From: Bacteriovoracaceae bacterium | GTDB taxonomy: Bacteria; Bdellovibrionota; Bacteriovoracia; Bacteriovoracales; Bacteriovoracaceae | NCBI GenBank assembly: GCA_018649885.1 | Contig: JABIHA010000094.1 | Span: 62,001-119,554, forward strand | Length of the DNA: 57,554 nucleotides | Direction of reading: 5' to 3' | Shown: positions 30,809 through 40,286 of the stretch, in pieces | How the letters are laid out: the number at the start of each line of letters is the position of its first letter | How positions within the stretch are numbered: the first letter of the stretch is position 1 | Made by a program: the position numbers and the translations under genes | Notes under the pieces: generated by a model | Databases searched by the model: none | Seen by the model: the letters and a program-made list of their open reading frames with translations, nothing else | Told to the model about the DNA's origin: nothing

Positions 30809-32188
30809 TTATAGCTGGAAAATCAGTTTTTTGTAATAATTTCCCCTCTCCACGTAATCTCTGAAAATATCAGTTGCCTGATTACCGGGAGAAAGAACAA
30901 TTACGTCCCCTGTTCTTGATTTTTGATAAGCTAGAAGCACAGACTCTTCAAAAGATCCTACAAGATAGGTTTGAGTATAATCTCCAAGAGATCTATTCAT
31001 CTTCTCTTTGCTCTCACCAACCAAACACATAATTCTCGCTTTTGGTCCAAGTGCTGGTCCAAATTGTTCAAATTCCTGCTCAGTATCTTTTCCACCTGCA
31101 ATTAAAATCACTGGCCTTCTAAAAGCCGTAAGAGAATCAATTAAAGTGTGCATATCCTCGCACTTAGAATCATTGTAAAAAGATACACCATTTTTCTCTA
31201 CAATAAATTCAAGACGGTGAGGTATGCCTGGAAATTTCTGAATAAGCGTTTGAATAGAGCTATCTGAAATTTTCAAGGCCTTGGCCGCTGTAATTGAAGC
31301 AAGTAGGTTCTCTCTATTTTTTTCGCCCACAATTCTCATTTTCGCCACTACAAACTCAGAGTGGTAATGGATATTTGAGTGAACTCTCTTGTCGTGGAAA
31401 TGAGTTCCTTGAACTTCACTTAGTACACCCATTTTTACAAATGACTTTCTTGAGTACCAGTAAACCTGACAGTTCGCATTTCTAAAAAATGTATTGCTAC
31501 TAAGTTTATCAAAATTAACAATCAGGTAATCATCGTGAGTTAGATTTTTAATGACACTTAATTTTGTCTCAATAAACTCACCAACAGATTTGAAGTGCTT
31601 CTCTGGGTAAACATCACTGATATTTGTAAAGATAACAAGTCTTGGATGAAAGTTTTCAATTCTTTTGGTCTGAATGGCTGAAACATCTAGTACAACCCAA
31701 TCCACCTCATCTTTATCTGGCATCGCAAGATAATTAATAAAGGGATTTTCACTTGTTCCACCAACAAATACTTTCTTGCCTTCAAGCTTAAGAGCGTAAC
31801 CGATCATATGAGCTACAGTTGTTCTACCGTAACTTCCACAAACAGCAACAATTGGCTTTCTGCATAATCTGTGTGCAAACCCAAACTCACTGTATACTTC
31901 TTTTCCTTGGGAACGAGCATTTTCAAGTTGAGGTAAATTGCAATTTACACCCATTGAATAAATCACTAGATCTGCATCTAGGAAATCTTCATTTCGATGC
32001 TCTCCAAGAGTCATCTCTGGTGTTGGCCTAATTTTTTTAAGTTTTTTCACCGCTTTATTGAGATCAAATATAGGCTTAATATCTGTCACGCGAATTTGGC
32101 ATTCTAGGGTGTTGAAAAAATTTATCAATGCAAACCCTGTCTTACCAAGACCTACAATAAGAACTTTTTTTCCACGATACCGATCCAT
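30809..32188 (-). CDS. murD: MurD-like ligase with degenerate motifs
   Basis: GLGKTG, PHRLE, YNDSK, LSPG, ERG motifs and dcw position; P-loop reads GSYGRTT. Confidence 0.8.
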   Translation of the reverse strand: MDRYRGKKVLIVGLGKTGFALINFFNTLECQIRVTDIKPIFDLNKAVKKLKKIRPTPEMTLGEHRNEDFLDADLVIYSMGVNCNLPQLENARSQGKEVYSEFGFAHRLCRKPIVAVCGSYGRTTVAHMIGYALKLEGKKVFVGGTSENPFINYLAMPDKDEVDWVVLDVSAIQTKRIENFHPRLVIFTNISDVYPEKHFKSVGEFIETKLSVIKNLTHDDYLIVNFDKLSSNTFFRNANCQVYWYSRKSFVKMGVLSEVQGTHFHDKRVHSNIHYHSEFVVAKMRIVGEKNRENLLASITAAKALKISDSSIQTLIQKFPGIPHRLEFIVEKNGVSFYNDSKCEDMHTLIDSLTAFRRPVILIAGGKDTEQEFEQFGPALGPKARIMCLVGESKEKMNRSLGDYTQTYLVGSFEESVLLAYQKSRTGDVIVLSPGNQATDIFRDYVERGNYYKKLIFQL

Positions 32189-32202
32189 ATCTACTCACTT
32201 TT

Positions 32203-33279
32203 TTATCTAAGTTTTAATGTCGCGATTGATAAAATTGCTAACATAATGCTTATTATCCAAAATCTTACAATTACCTTTGGTTCAGGCCAACCCAGAAGTT
32301 CAAAATGGTGATGAATTGGAGCCATTTTAAAAACTCTCTTCCTTCTGGTTTTGTAGGAAAATACCTGAATAATCACTGATAGCGCTTCTACTACAAATAT
32401 GCCACCTATCAAAGTAAAAAGGAGCTCGTTTTTGGTCATTACGGCCAAAGTCCCAAGAGCCCCACCCAGGCTTAAAGAGCCTACATCTCCCATAAATATC
32501 TGAGCCGGGTAGGAGTTATACCACAAGAAGCCGACGCCAGCACCAATGACAGCGGCAGTAAATATCACAAGCTCGCCCACGCTTTCCACGTAGGGAATAA
32601 AAAGATAGGTCGAAACCCCAGAATGCCCAGCAGCGTAAGCAAGCACGCCTAAGCTGGCTGCACTTGTAATGATGGGTCCAATGGCCAAGCCATCTAGGCC
32701 ATCAGTTAAATTCACTGCATTACTTGAGCCCACAATGACAAAACTTCCAAAGAATATATAAAAATAACCTAAATCAAGCAGTGCTTCCTTCCTAAAGGGA
32801 ACATACAGTTTCCCGTCAATAACCCCGTACTTAATGGCGAAATATAGGACAATTGCTGAAATAGTAAATTGGAATAGAAGCTTTCCCCTTGCCGAAACAC
32901 CGTCAGTATTTTTTTTCACCACTTTTAGATAGTCATCAAGGCCACCGAGCAAAAAATAAAAAAGAGTTACGACCAGGGTTAAAATCAAAGGCATTGAATT
33001 GAAATTTCCACAGATAAGCGTGGCGAGCACAATGCTACCCAATATAAAGACACCACCAAGAGTGGGTGTGCCGGCTTTTTTCTTATGATTTTCGGGCCCT
33101 TCCTCTCTAATGACTTGCCCAAATTGGATTTTTTTCATTAGAGCGATAAATTTCTTCCCAAACCAAATGGAAAAAATACTCGCAAGAGCGAATGCCAAGA
33201 AAGATCTGGTGGTAATATATCTAAACACATTGAACGCAGAAATAGTTTCGCTCAGCGGGTAGAGAAAGTGATAGAGCAT
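32203..33279 (-). CDS. mraY: Phospho-MurNAc-pentapeptide transferase
   Basis: KAGTPTLGG, DDYLK, NAVNLTDGLDGL, FMGDVGS, APIHHHFE; start ATG 33279. Confidence 0.96.
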   Translation of the reverse strand: MLYHFLYPLSETISAFNVFRYITTRSFLAFALASIFSIWFGKKFIALMKKIQFGQVIREEGPENHKKKAGTPTLGGVFILGSIVLATLICGNFNSMPLILTLVVTLFYFLLGGLDDYLKVVKKNTDGVSARGKLLFQFTISAIVLYFAIKYGVIDGKLYVPFRKEALLDLGYFYIFFGSFVIVGSSNAVNLTDGLDGLAIGPIITSAASLGVLAYAAGHSGVSTYLFIPYVESVGELVIFTAAVIGAGVGFLWYNSYPAQIFMGDVGSLSLGGALGTLAVMTKNELLFTLIGGIFVVEALSVIIQVFSYKTRRKRVFKMAPIHHHFELLGWPEPKVIVRFWIISIMLAILSIATLKLR

Positions 33280-33317
33280 AACACCCTTCAGTAAAAGGTA
33301 CATTTATCGTAGTTTAA

Positions 33318-34709
33318 CTAAGGAGTTATATCTAGGAATGACTCTAATTGTAAAGAACGGCTTCCTTTTACAAACACTATTTTGATTCCATTTAAAATTC
33401 CTGAGAGCTCTTTGAAACTTAATTCCGAAATCTTTTCAAAAAGATAACTTTTTCCCGTAAAAGACTTTTGGTAATCGGCTGCAAACTTTCCAACGAAAAT
33501 GGCATTTTTCACACCTTGCTCGCTGGCAAATTGTCCCATCTCACGATGAAATTTTGCCGAACTTGGACCCAGCTCATTCATATCACCTAAGATATAAAGG
33601 GCCTGATCGTCCTGATAGCCGTCACTTATAATCTCTTGATGAAATCCCTTAATAGAAGCTTTCATAGAAGAGGGGTTGGCGTTGTAGGCATCGAGGAACA
33701 CCTTAAGTCCAAGATGCTCCACCCATGAGGATCGGTTTCTTCCCGGCACAAATGACTTGGACCCTGATTTAAAATTCTCAATCTCATCTGGATACAACGC
33801 CAAGCACAGAGACAGCGCAGCACTTAGGTTAAAGTAATTGTGCGCGCCAGTTAAATGCTCATTTTCGATGTTGAGCTCCAGAGCATTTACATTTAAAACT
33901 GCATTTTTCACATTGAGCTCAAGATTTTCTCCCTCACAAAGAAAAATGACATTTTTCCCAGCTGGAAGAGTTTTTAGATGCTGATCACTTCCATCAACCA
34001 CAAAAACACCTTGATTTTTACTGGCAGACATCACGCTATCAAACACAACCCTTTTTTCTTTGAAGACGTCTTCTTCATTTTTAAAGAACTCTAAATGGCT
34101 CATTCCAATATTAGTGATAATTCCACAACTCGGTTGTGCTATATCGCAAAGTACTTTTAATTCACCCGGGTGGTTCGTTCCCATCTCAAGCACAACTGCC
34201 TTTGTATCCGCACAAATATTTAAAAGCGTATAGGGAACGCCGAGGTGGTTGTTAAAGTTTTTTTCGGTAGATACTACACTCTCCCCAAAAATACCGTTTA
34301 GTAAGTGTGTAACCATATCCTTTGTAGTGGTTTTGCCGTTGGAGCCTGTTATGGCCACCACTGGAGCAGATGGATTTAATCCTCTCCACCATTTTAAATG
34401 ATGAGAGGCCAACTCCTGGATAAAGCTAATTGTATCTTTGCACTCTACAAAGTATCTGTCTGGGTACTGATTAATATGGCTTTCAATTTCTAAATATTTT
34501 GAACTGTTGAAAAAGACTACGGATGCCCCAAGCTCTAGCGCCTTTCCAATAAAGTTATGGCCATCAAAATTCTCCCCCACAATGGCCAAAAAACCATTGC
34601 CCTCTACGAGAGATCTTGTATCTGTTGAGTAACAAAAATCCCCAGCAGGAAGTTTGCCATAACTTTTAACGATTAACTGACATGATTTTAAAGTTTCGAC
34701 TTTAATCAC
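33318..34709 (-). CDS. murF: UDP-MurNAc-tripeptide--D-Ala-D-Ala ligase
   Basis: DTR, TGSNGKTTTK, NFNNHLGVP, EMG, DAYNANPSSM, GDMNELG, KGSR. Confidence 0.94.
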   Translation of the reverse strand: MIKVETLKSCQLIVKSYGKLPAGDFCYSTDTRSLVEGNGFLAIVGENFDGHNFIGKALELGASVVFFNSSKYLEIESHINQYPDRYFVECKDTISFIQELASHHLKWWRGLNPSAPVVAITGSNGKTTTKDMVTHLLNGIFGESVVSTEKNFNNHLGVPYTLLNICADTKAVVLEMGTNHPGELKVLCDIAQPSCGIITNIGMSHLEFFKNEEDVFKEKRVVFDSVMSASKNQGVFVVDGSDQHLKTLPAGKNVIFLCEGENLELNVKNAVLNVNALELNIENEHLTGAHNYFNLSAALSLCLALYPDEIENFKSGSKSFVPGRNRSSWVEHLGLKVFLDAYNANPSSMKASIKGFHQEIISDGYQDDQALYILGDMNELGPSSAKFHREMGQFASEQGVKNAIFVGKFAADYQKSFTGKSYLFEKISELSFKELSGILNGIKIVFVKGSRSLQLESFLDITP

Positions 34710-36082
34710 TTTTTTGAACCCTTTCTAGCCTTTTCTATAGCACCTATTTCAGAGTAGGACACTAGCTCTCCTTTAACAATTTGATAATCTTCATGTCCCT
34801 TTCCCAACATCAAGAGAATGCAATCATCTTTCATTTCTTCAAAAGCCTTGGCCACTGCTTTTTCTCGGTCTGGCTCTACTACTGTTTTATTTAAATCTAA
34901 GCTCGGTTTTATGTCTTCGATAATCTGGAGAGGGTCTTCGTCTCGAACATTATCAGATGTTAAAAAAATTCGATCAGCATCACCATTTACAATTCCTCCC
35001 ATAATAGGTCTTTTTTTTCTATCTCTCGATCCACCACAGCCGAACAGTACCCATAGTGACTTATCAGGGAAGGCTTCCTTGGTGGCCTTGATAATATTTG
35101 AAAAGGCATCAGGAGTATGTGCTGAATCGATAGCAAAGATGCGCCCATCGACTTCATAGATAAAAAATCGACCTTCGGGATATTTAAATCGATCAAGGTC
35201 TGGAGAAATTTCTTTACTGGTCAAATATTCACAAATGCCCAGGGCAATCTCTAAATTGCCTTTATTAAAAGTTGTTCTAAAAAAGGCTGGTAAGCTAGAA
35301 ATCCCCCTCTCTTCCAGAGTCCTGGGGATTGTAATTGAATAAATTTCTTTTAACCTTTCTTGCAAGTCCGTTTGTGAATTTGGAACAAAAATAGGAGCAT
35401 CCCCTATCAAGTAATTATCAAGAAATAATTTTTTGGCATTAAAATAATTTTCTTCATTTTCATGATAGTCCAGGTGATCACGAGTAAAGCTCATAAATGC
35501 TGAGACACTAAATGGAATTCCTCTTATTCTTTTTTGAACAGCTGCATGACTACTGACTTCAAGAAAACAATATTCATATTGATCTTTGAATTGAAATAAG
35601 ATCTTCCTTGTATCTATAAAAGAAGGCGTCGTTAAGGTAGACGTCGGTGCTATGATTTCATCTGCATTTTTAACACCAATGGTGCCTATGCTTATGGCCT
35701 TGATTCCCATTTGATGACAAATTTGAACACATAAGTGAACAGTGGTGGTTTTTCCATTTGTTCCGGTTATGCCAATAAACTTTTTACTACTATCAATTGG
35801 ATAAAACCTCTGGCAGTAAATATCTTGCAGATCATTAAAATCTTCTGCGCTGACGGCAATTGAGCCAGGAACCTCTTCGGCCATTTTTCCATTGACCACT
35901 AAAAACCCGTAACTGGACTTTGATACTCTTTGTAAAAATGCCTCAAGGGATTTTTGATCAGGGTTTAAATTATAAAAGACGAGAGTACTACTAGTTGAAT
36001 TCAAAAATCCATCAGATATATCTGTTATATCCTTATCAACAACTGCTTTTTCAACACATGATTTTATATCGGTATTACTCAT
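34706..36082 (-). CDS. murE: UDP-MurNAc-dipeptide--diamino acid ligase (probably meso-DAP)
   Basis: TGTNGKTT, EVSSH, DHLDYH, AHTPD, GCGG.RD, DNVR (DNPR-like), GKGHE. Confidence 0.92.
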   Translation of the reverse strand: MSNTDIKSCVEKAVVDKDITDISDGFLNSTSSTLVFYNLNPDQKSLEAFLQRVSKSSYGFLVVNGKMAEEVPGSIAVSAEDFNDLQDIYCQRFYPIDSSKKFIGITGTNGKTTTVHLCVQICHQMGIKAISIGTIGVKNADEIIAPTSTLTTPSFIDTRKILFQFKDQYEYCFLEVSSHAAVQKRIRGIPFSVSAFMSFTRDHLDYHENEENYFNAKKLFLDNYLIGDAPIFVPNSQTDLQERLKEIYSITIPRTLEERGISSLPAFFRTTFNKGNLEIALGICEYLTSKEISPDLDRFKYPEGRFFIYEVDGRIFAIDSAHTPDAFSNIIKATKEAFPDKSLWVLFGCGGSRDRKKRPIMGGIVNGDADRIFLTSDNVRDEDPLQIIEDIKPSLDLNKTVVEPDREKAVAKAFEEMKDDCILLMLGKGHEDYQIVKGELVSYSEIGAIEKARKGSKK

Positions 36083-37982
36083 ATACTGGAGGAGAATATC
36101 TAATTATAATTTTTTGTCCAGGAGAAAATCCCACTCCCGCTTTGAGGCTTTGGTAAGATGAAACTCCAGCCCCTCTATTTTCAAGTAATAAGCCCACCCT
36201 TTTAGCAAGTTTTCTGGCAGACAATTTATCAAGACCTCCAAATTCTGGAACTATGCGTTCTCCGAAATACCGACTCTTGCCTTGAACCCATCTGACAGAG
36301 TCTACTTCCATCTTCTCTTTCGATTTTTTATTAATTGCAAGGTCTCCAAAATGCTTATCCTTAAATAGGATATGTCTGGCCACTTTTTTAAATAATGGAG
36401 CAGCAACAGCACTTCCATAGAATTTCCCCGCATTCGGCTCATCAATATAAGCATAAATAACAAATCGATTTTTTACATTTGTCGGATAACCTATGAAGCC
36501 TGAGATATACGATCCATCATATTTACTATCTATCGCCTTTTGAGCGGTACTTGTTTTCCCCGCAATTGTGAAATAGGGAATCCTCGCACTCATGCCTGTT
36601 CCCTCTTCAACAGTTGTAACCAACATTTTTTCAAGTTTTGAAGCGACCTCTTTGCTAAGAACCCTTTCTCCAAGCGAGTCTTTATTGCCACCTTTAATTA
36701 GAGTCGGATTCATATAGACTCCACTATTTGCAATAACAGCGTAGGTACTCAGCATTTGAATTCCTGTTGTCGCAATACCTTGGCCAAAACTTATATTACT
36801 TAAACTCAGAGGTGATATATTTTCTTTTTTAGTAAATATTCCTCGAGATTCACCTGGAATTTCAATTCCTGTTCTCTCTCCAATATTAAATTTTTTGATT
36901 GTTTCTCTTAGTTTTGGATATTTTAAATCAAAAGCAATTTTTGTGGTCCCTATATTTGAGCTATGTTTAATTATATCTGAAACCGAAAGCCACTCAAACT
37001 TCTTCTTCGCTTCTGCCTCTTTTATGTAATGATCTCCAACTAAAAACCTTCCTCTTTCGCAATAGTAATGAGTTTCTTCAGTCACTATTTTATTTTCAAG
37101 GGCCGAGGCAACAGTAATTATTTTAAAAATAGATCCCGGCTCAAAGGGATCAGTAACAAAAGAAAGTCTTCTGTGTTCTGGCTTTGATTTTCCGACACTA
37201 TTTGGATCAAAGCTTGGATAATTAGCAACGGCCAAAATTTCACCCGTTTTTGCATCGAGTACACCGACTCCACCCTTTAAGGCCTTATGCTCTATAACAG
37301 CTTCTTTTAAAAATTTCTCTGTAGCCGCCTGAATATCTTTATCAATTGATAGTTGTAAGTCTGATGCCTTATTGTGAAAATCAATAGATTCTCTTTTAAT
37401 GGGCCTTCCCTTCGCATCCTTCAGGTATTTAACAATTTTAACCTCTCCACGAAGTTTCTCATTAAACTGATACTCAACACCTCCCAGGCCATCATTATCA
37501 ATACCTACAAAGCCAATGGTCTGAGATAAAAGATCTTTATTGGGATAAAATCGGCTATATTGTGCCTCAAGGAAAATTCCATCTAGTTTTTTAATCTCAG
37601 CGACCTGAGTATTTGTTAGCTTTACCTTCCTTGCAAGCCAAGTATAACGATCTCTTCCCTTTACTTTCGCAATAATTTTTCTATAGGTTATATGAGGAAC
37701 AATTCGCGATAACTTTTTATACCCTCTCCTATTTCCCTTAAGTAACTTTGGCAAAGTGAAAATATTGTAGGTTTTAATATTAATTGCGAGTGGATTGTTG
37801 TTTCGGTCTACTATATTTCCCCTATTGGGATATTCTTTATACTCTCTAATCAGTTGGCTCTCTGAGTAGGCCAGCAGTTTATCATTGTTAATGACTTGTA
37901 TATAAAGAGCCTTACTAATTACTAGCAAGAAAAGAAATACGAAAAAGGAGAAAACAATGGTCAGTCTTTTTTTTAAAATCAT
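36075..37982 (-). CDS. ftsI: Penicillin-binding protein 3 (class B)
   Basis: RGNIVDRN, R.YP, G..GVE, SxxK (GSIFK), SSN, KTS. Confidence 0.92.
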   Translation of the reverse strand: MILKKRLTIVFSFFVFLFLLVISKALYIQVINNDKLLAYSESQLIREYKEYPNRGNIVDRNNNPLAINIKTYNIFTLPKLLKGNRRGYKKLSRIVPHITYRKIIAKVKGRDRYTWLARKVKLTNTQVAEIKKLDGIFLEAQYSRFYPNKDLLSQTIGFVGIDNDGLGGVEYQFNEKLRGEVKIVKYLKDAKGRPIKRESIDFHNKASDLQLSIDKDIQAATEKFLKEAVIEHKALKGGVGVLDAKTGEILAVANYPSFDPNSVGKSKPEHRRLSFVTDPFEPGSIFKIITVASALENKIVTEETHYYCERGRFLVGDHYIKEAEAKKKFEWLSVSDIIKHSSNIGTTKIAFDLKYPKLRETIKKFNIGERTGIEIPGESRGIFTKKENISPLSLSNISFGQGIATTGIQMLSTYAVIANSGVYMNPTLIKGGNKDSLGERVLSKEVASKLEKMLVTTVEEGTGMSARIPYFTIAGKTSTAQKAIDSKYDGSYISGFIGYPTNVKNRFVIYAYIDEPNAGKFYGSAVAAPLFKKVARHILFKDKHFGDLAINKKSKEKMEVDSVRWVQGKSRYFGERIVPEFGGLDKLSARKLAKRVGLLLENRGAGVSSYQSLKAGVGFSPGQKIIIRYSPPVYE

Positions 37983-37985
37983 CGC

Positions 37986-38315
37986 TTAAGGTATCACAAT
38001 TATCTGTTTTTCACTGGGTTCTTTAAGTTTATATCTTTTGGCAAATCTTCGTAAATTGTTTACTGATAAAAGCTCTGCCTTCTCAGCTTTTAATTCCTTA
38101 TTCTCAAAACTAAGTTTTTCTATTTGGCTTCTAAATTGATTGAAGCTCAGATTTTGTTCAACATTTTTCATTCTAAATAAAATTGTCAAAATCAAAAGTG
38201 TGACAAAACAAAGTACTATGGGGAATCCCTGGGAGCTTAGAAGAAGTCTTTTTAGAAAGGCCTTAAATCTTCTTGAAATATCCAACTGTGCATTGGCCGA
38301 CCTTTTTACTCTCAC
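37986..38315 (-). CDS. ftsL: Cell division protein FtsL-like
   Basis: Basic N-terminus, single TM helix, coiled coil; lies between rsmH and ftsI. Confidence 0.75.
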   Translation of the reverse strand: MRVKRSANAQLDISRRFKAFLKRLLLSSQGFPIVLCFVTLLILTILFRMKNVEQNLSFNQFRSQIEKLSFENKELKAEKAELLSVNNLRRFAKRYKLKEPSEKQIIVIP

Positions 38316-38362
38316 TAGAATCCTCCTGATTCAAATGGCATCCATACCCTAACTACATCATA

Positions 38363-39304
38363 TCATAGCTTTTCTAATACACGCATCTTGGCGCTGCGCG
38401 AACGAGGGTTTTCTGAAACTTCATCCTCTTCTGCCATTAGTGGTCTTTTAGTAAGAATTTTAAAATGAGCTTTGTCCTCTAAAACTCGTTTTTTGAAACT
38501 TCTTTTAACAATGCGGTCTTCTAGGGAGTGAAAACTGATGATTGCAAGCCTTCCCCCAGGTGCTAGAAAATTAGGTAAAAACTCAGAAGCTGTCGCCAGT
38601 ACCTCAAGTTCATGGTTCACGGCAATTCTTAATGCCTGAAAAGTTTTAGTCGCTGGATGAATTTTTTTAAATCGATCTTTTTTTGGATAACAATGAAAAA
38701 CAATATCTTCCAAAGTTTTTGTGTCAACAATTTCGGCTTCTTCTCTTTTTTCCACTATGGCCTTGGCAATTCTTCTTGAATATCTCTCTTCTCCGTATTC
38801 AAAGATCACATTCGCAAGCTCTTCTTCATCAAGTTCATTGACTAAATCTTTGGCCGTTTGAATCTGATCATTGGTGCCATCCATTCTCATGTCTAGCTCA
38901 GCAGATTCCCGAAAAGAAAATCCTCTACTAATTTGATCAAATTGATGTGAAGAAACTCCTAAATCCATCAATATGCCATCGAACTTCACTCCCTCATCGC
39001 TGAGCGAGCTTTTATAGTACTCTTCAAATTCTGAAAAATTCATCTTGAGTAGTTTGCAACGATCTGTAAGATCTAACTCTTTTAGCTTTGTCTCACCATT
39101 ATTAATGGCCTCAATGTCTTGATCAACAGCGTAAACAAATGAGTTTGGGATTTCTTTTAGAATAGAGGTTGTATGCCCTCCAGCCCCAAAAGTTAAATCT
39201 AAATAGGTAGGACCCACACTTCGGTCCCCTAGGGACTCAGAAAAGAATTTTAAAACTTCTCTTCTTTGTACTGAATAATGCTTACCGTAGTCAGAGCTCA
39301 CCAC
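38363..39304 (-). CDS. rsmH: 16S rRNA m4C1402 methyltransferase
   Basis: TFGAGGH, DLGVSS, LDMRM, YGEE, FQALRIAVN, SFHSLEDR, NPRSRSAK. Confidence 0.96.
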   Translation of the reverse strand: MVSSDYGKHYSVQRREVLKFFSESLGDRSVGPTYLDLTFGAGGHTTSILKEIPNSFVYAVDQDIEAINNGETKLKELDLTDRCKLLKMNFSEFEEYYKSSLSDEGVKFDGILMDLGVSSHQFDQISRGFSFRESAELDMRMDGTNDQIQTAKDLVNELDEEELANVIFEYGEERYSRRIAKAIVEKREEAEIVDTKTLEDIVFHCYPKKDRFKKIHPATKTFQALRIAVNHELEVLATASEFLPNFLAPGGRLAIISFHSLEDRIVKRSFKKRVLEDKAHFKILTKRPLMAEEDEVSENPRSRSAKMRVLEKL

Positions 39305-40155
39305 TAACTCAAAAGTACTTTAAGAATTTCTTTATGAGCAGGCGTCTGCTGCTCAGGAGCCGTCACAACAGCGCACTGATTTTCTGGCTCAAATTTTGGC
39401 GGATTATTGTAAAGCTTTGGTATTAACTTACTTACAAGTTTTTGAGCTGACTTATAGTTTTCCCCCATGACATTAAGGATTTCCTCTAGCGAGCAGTGCT
39501 CTTCTTTCCAGCAATCATAATCGGTAACCATTGCCACTGTGGCATAGGACATTCCAGCTTCTTTTGCCAAAAAGGCTTCAGGAACATTGGTCATTCCGAT
39601 TACTGTTGCTCCAAAAGAGCGATATAATTCTGACTCGGCCCTTGTTGAAAATTGTGGTCCTTCAATGCAAATATATGATCCACCAACACTATGATCGATT
39701 TCTGCCTCATTTAAACAACCAGCAATCATAACTTGTAGATTTTTTTCCACTGGGTAGGCTACAGACACATGACCCACCATGCCTTCACCAAAAAAAGATC
39801 TCTCTCTTTTACCTTTCGTCCAATCTATAAACTGATCAGGTAATACAAATTTTTTCGGAGGATGCTCTTCTTTTAATGAACCAACGGCTGACACTGAAAC
39901 AATATATTTGGCACCTAAACTCTTGAGAGCAAAAATATTAGCACGATAATTAATCTCACTAGGTGCAATAAAATGGCCAGCGCCATGTCTTGCAACAAAA
40001 TAAAACAACGATTCGTTAAATTCGATCAATTGAATGGGTCCACTTGGTTTCCCAAAAGGGGTCAGGGTTTCATGACTTTCGACAACCTTAAAACCCTCTA
40101 GATTGTAGATGCCACTTCCACCAATGATGGCGATATGCGTCTTACCCTTTGTCAT
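39304..40155 (-). CDS. mtnP: S-methyl-5'-thioadenosine phosphorylase
   Basis: IIGGSG, RHG, NYRANI, SAVGSL, EGPQFSTRAES, GMT, VTDYDCW. Confidence 0.93.
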   Translation of the reverse strand: MTKGKTHIAIIGGSGIYNLEGFKVVESHETLTPFGKPSGPIQLIEFNESLFYFVARHGAGHFIAPSEINYRANIFALKSLGAKYIVSVSAVGSLKEEHPPKKFVLPDQFIDWTKGKRERSFFGEGMVGHVSVAYPVEKNLQVMIAGCLNEAEIDHSVGGSYICIEGPQFSTRAESELYRSFGATVIGMTNVPEAFLAKEAGMSYATVAMVTDYDCWKEEHCSLEEILNVMGENYKSAQKLVSKLIPKLYNNPPKFEPENQCAVVTAPEQQTPAHKEILKVLLS

Positions 40156-40286
40156 TTCGATATCCTCGCAATATTATTTTTTTTTATTTCCGACTATCAG
40201 TAACTTGGTACAAAAAACTGTGCAGTGCAAGTTCAAAAACCTAGTCTTTATTATGTAGAATACTTGAGCGTGGAAAGCAATTAAAT

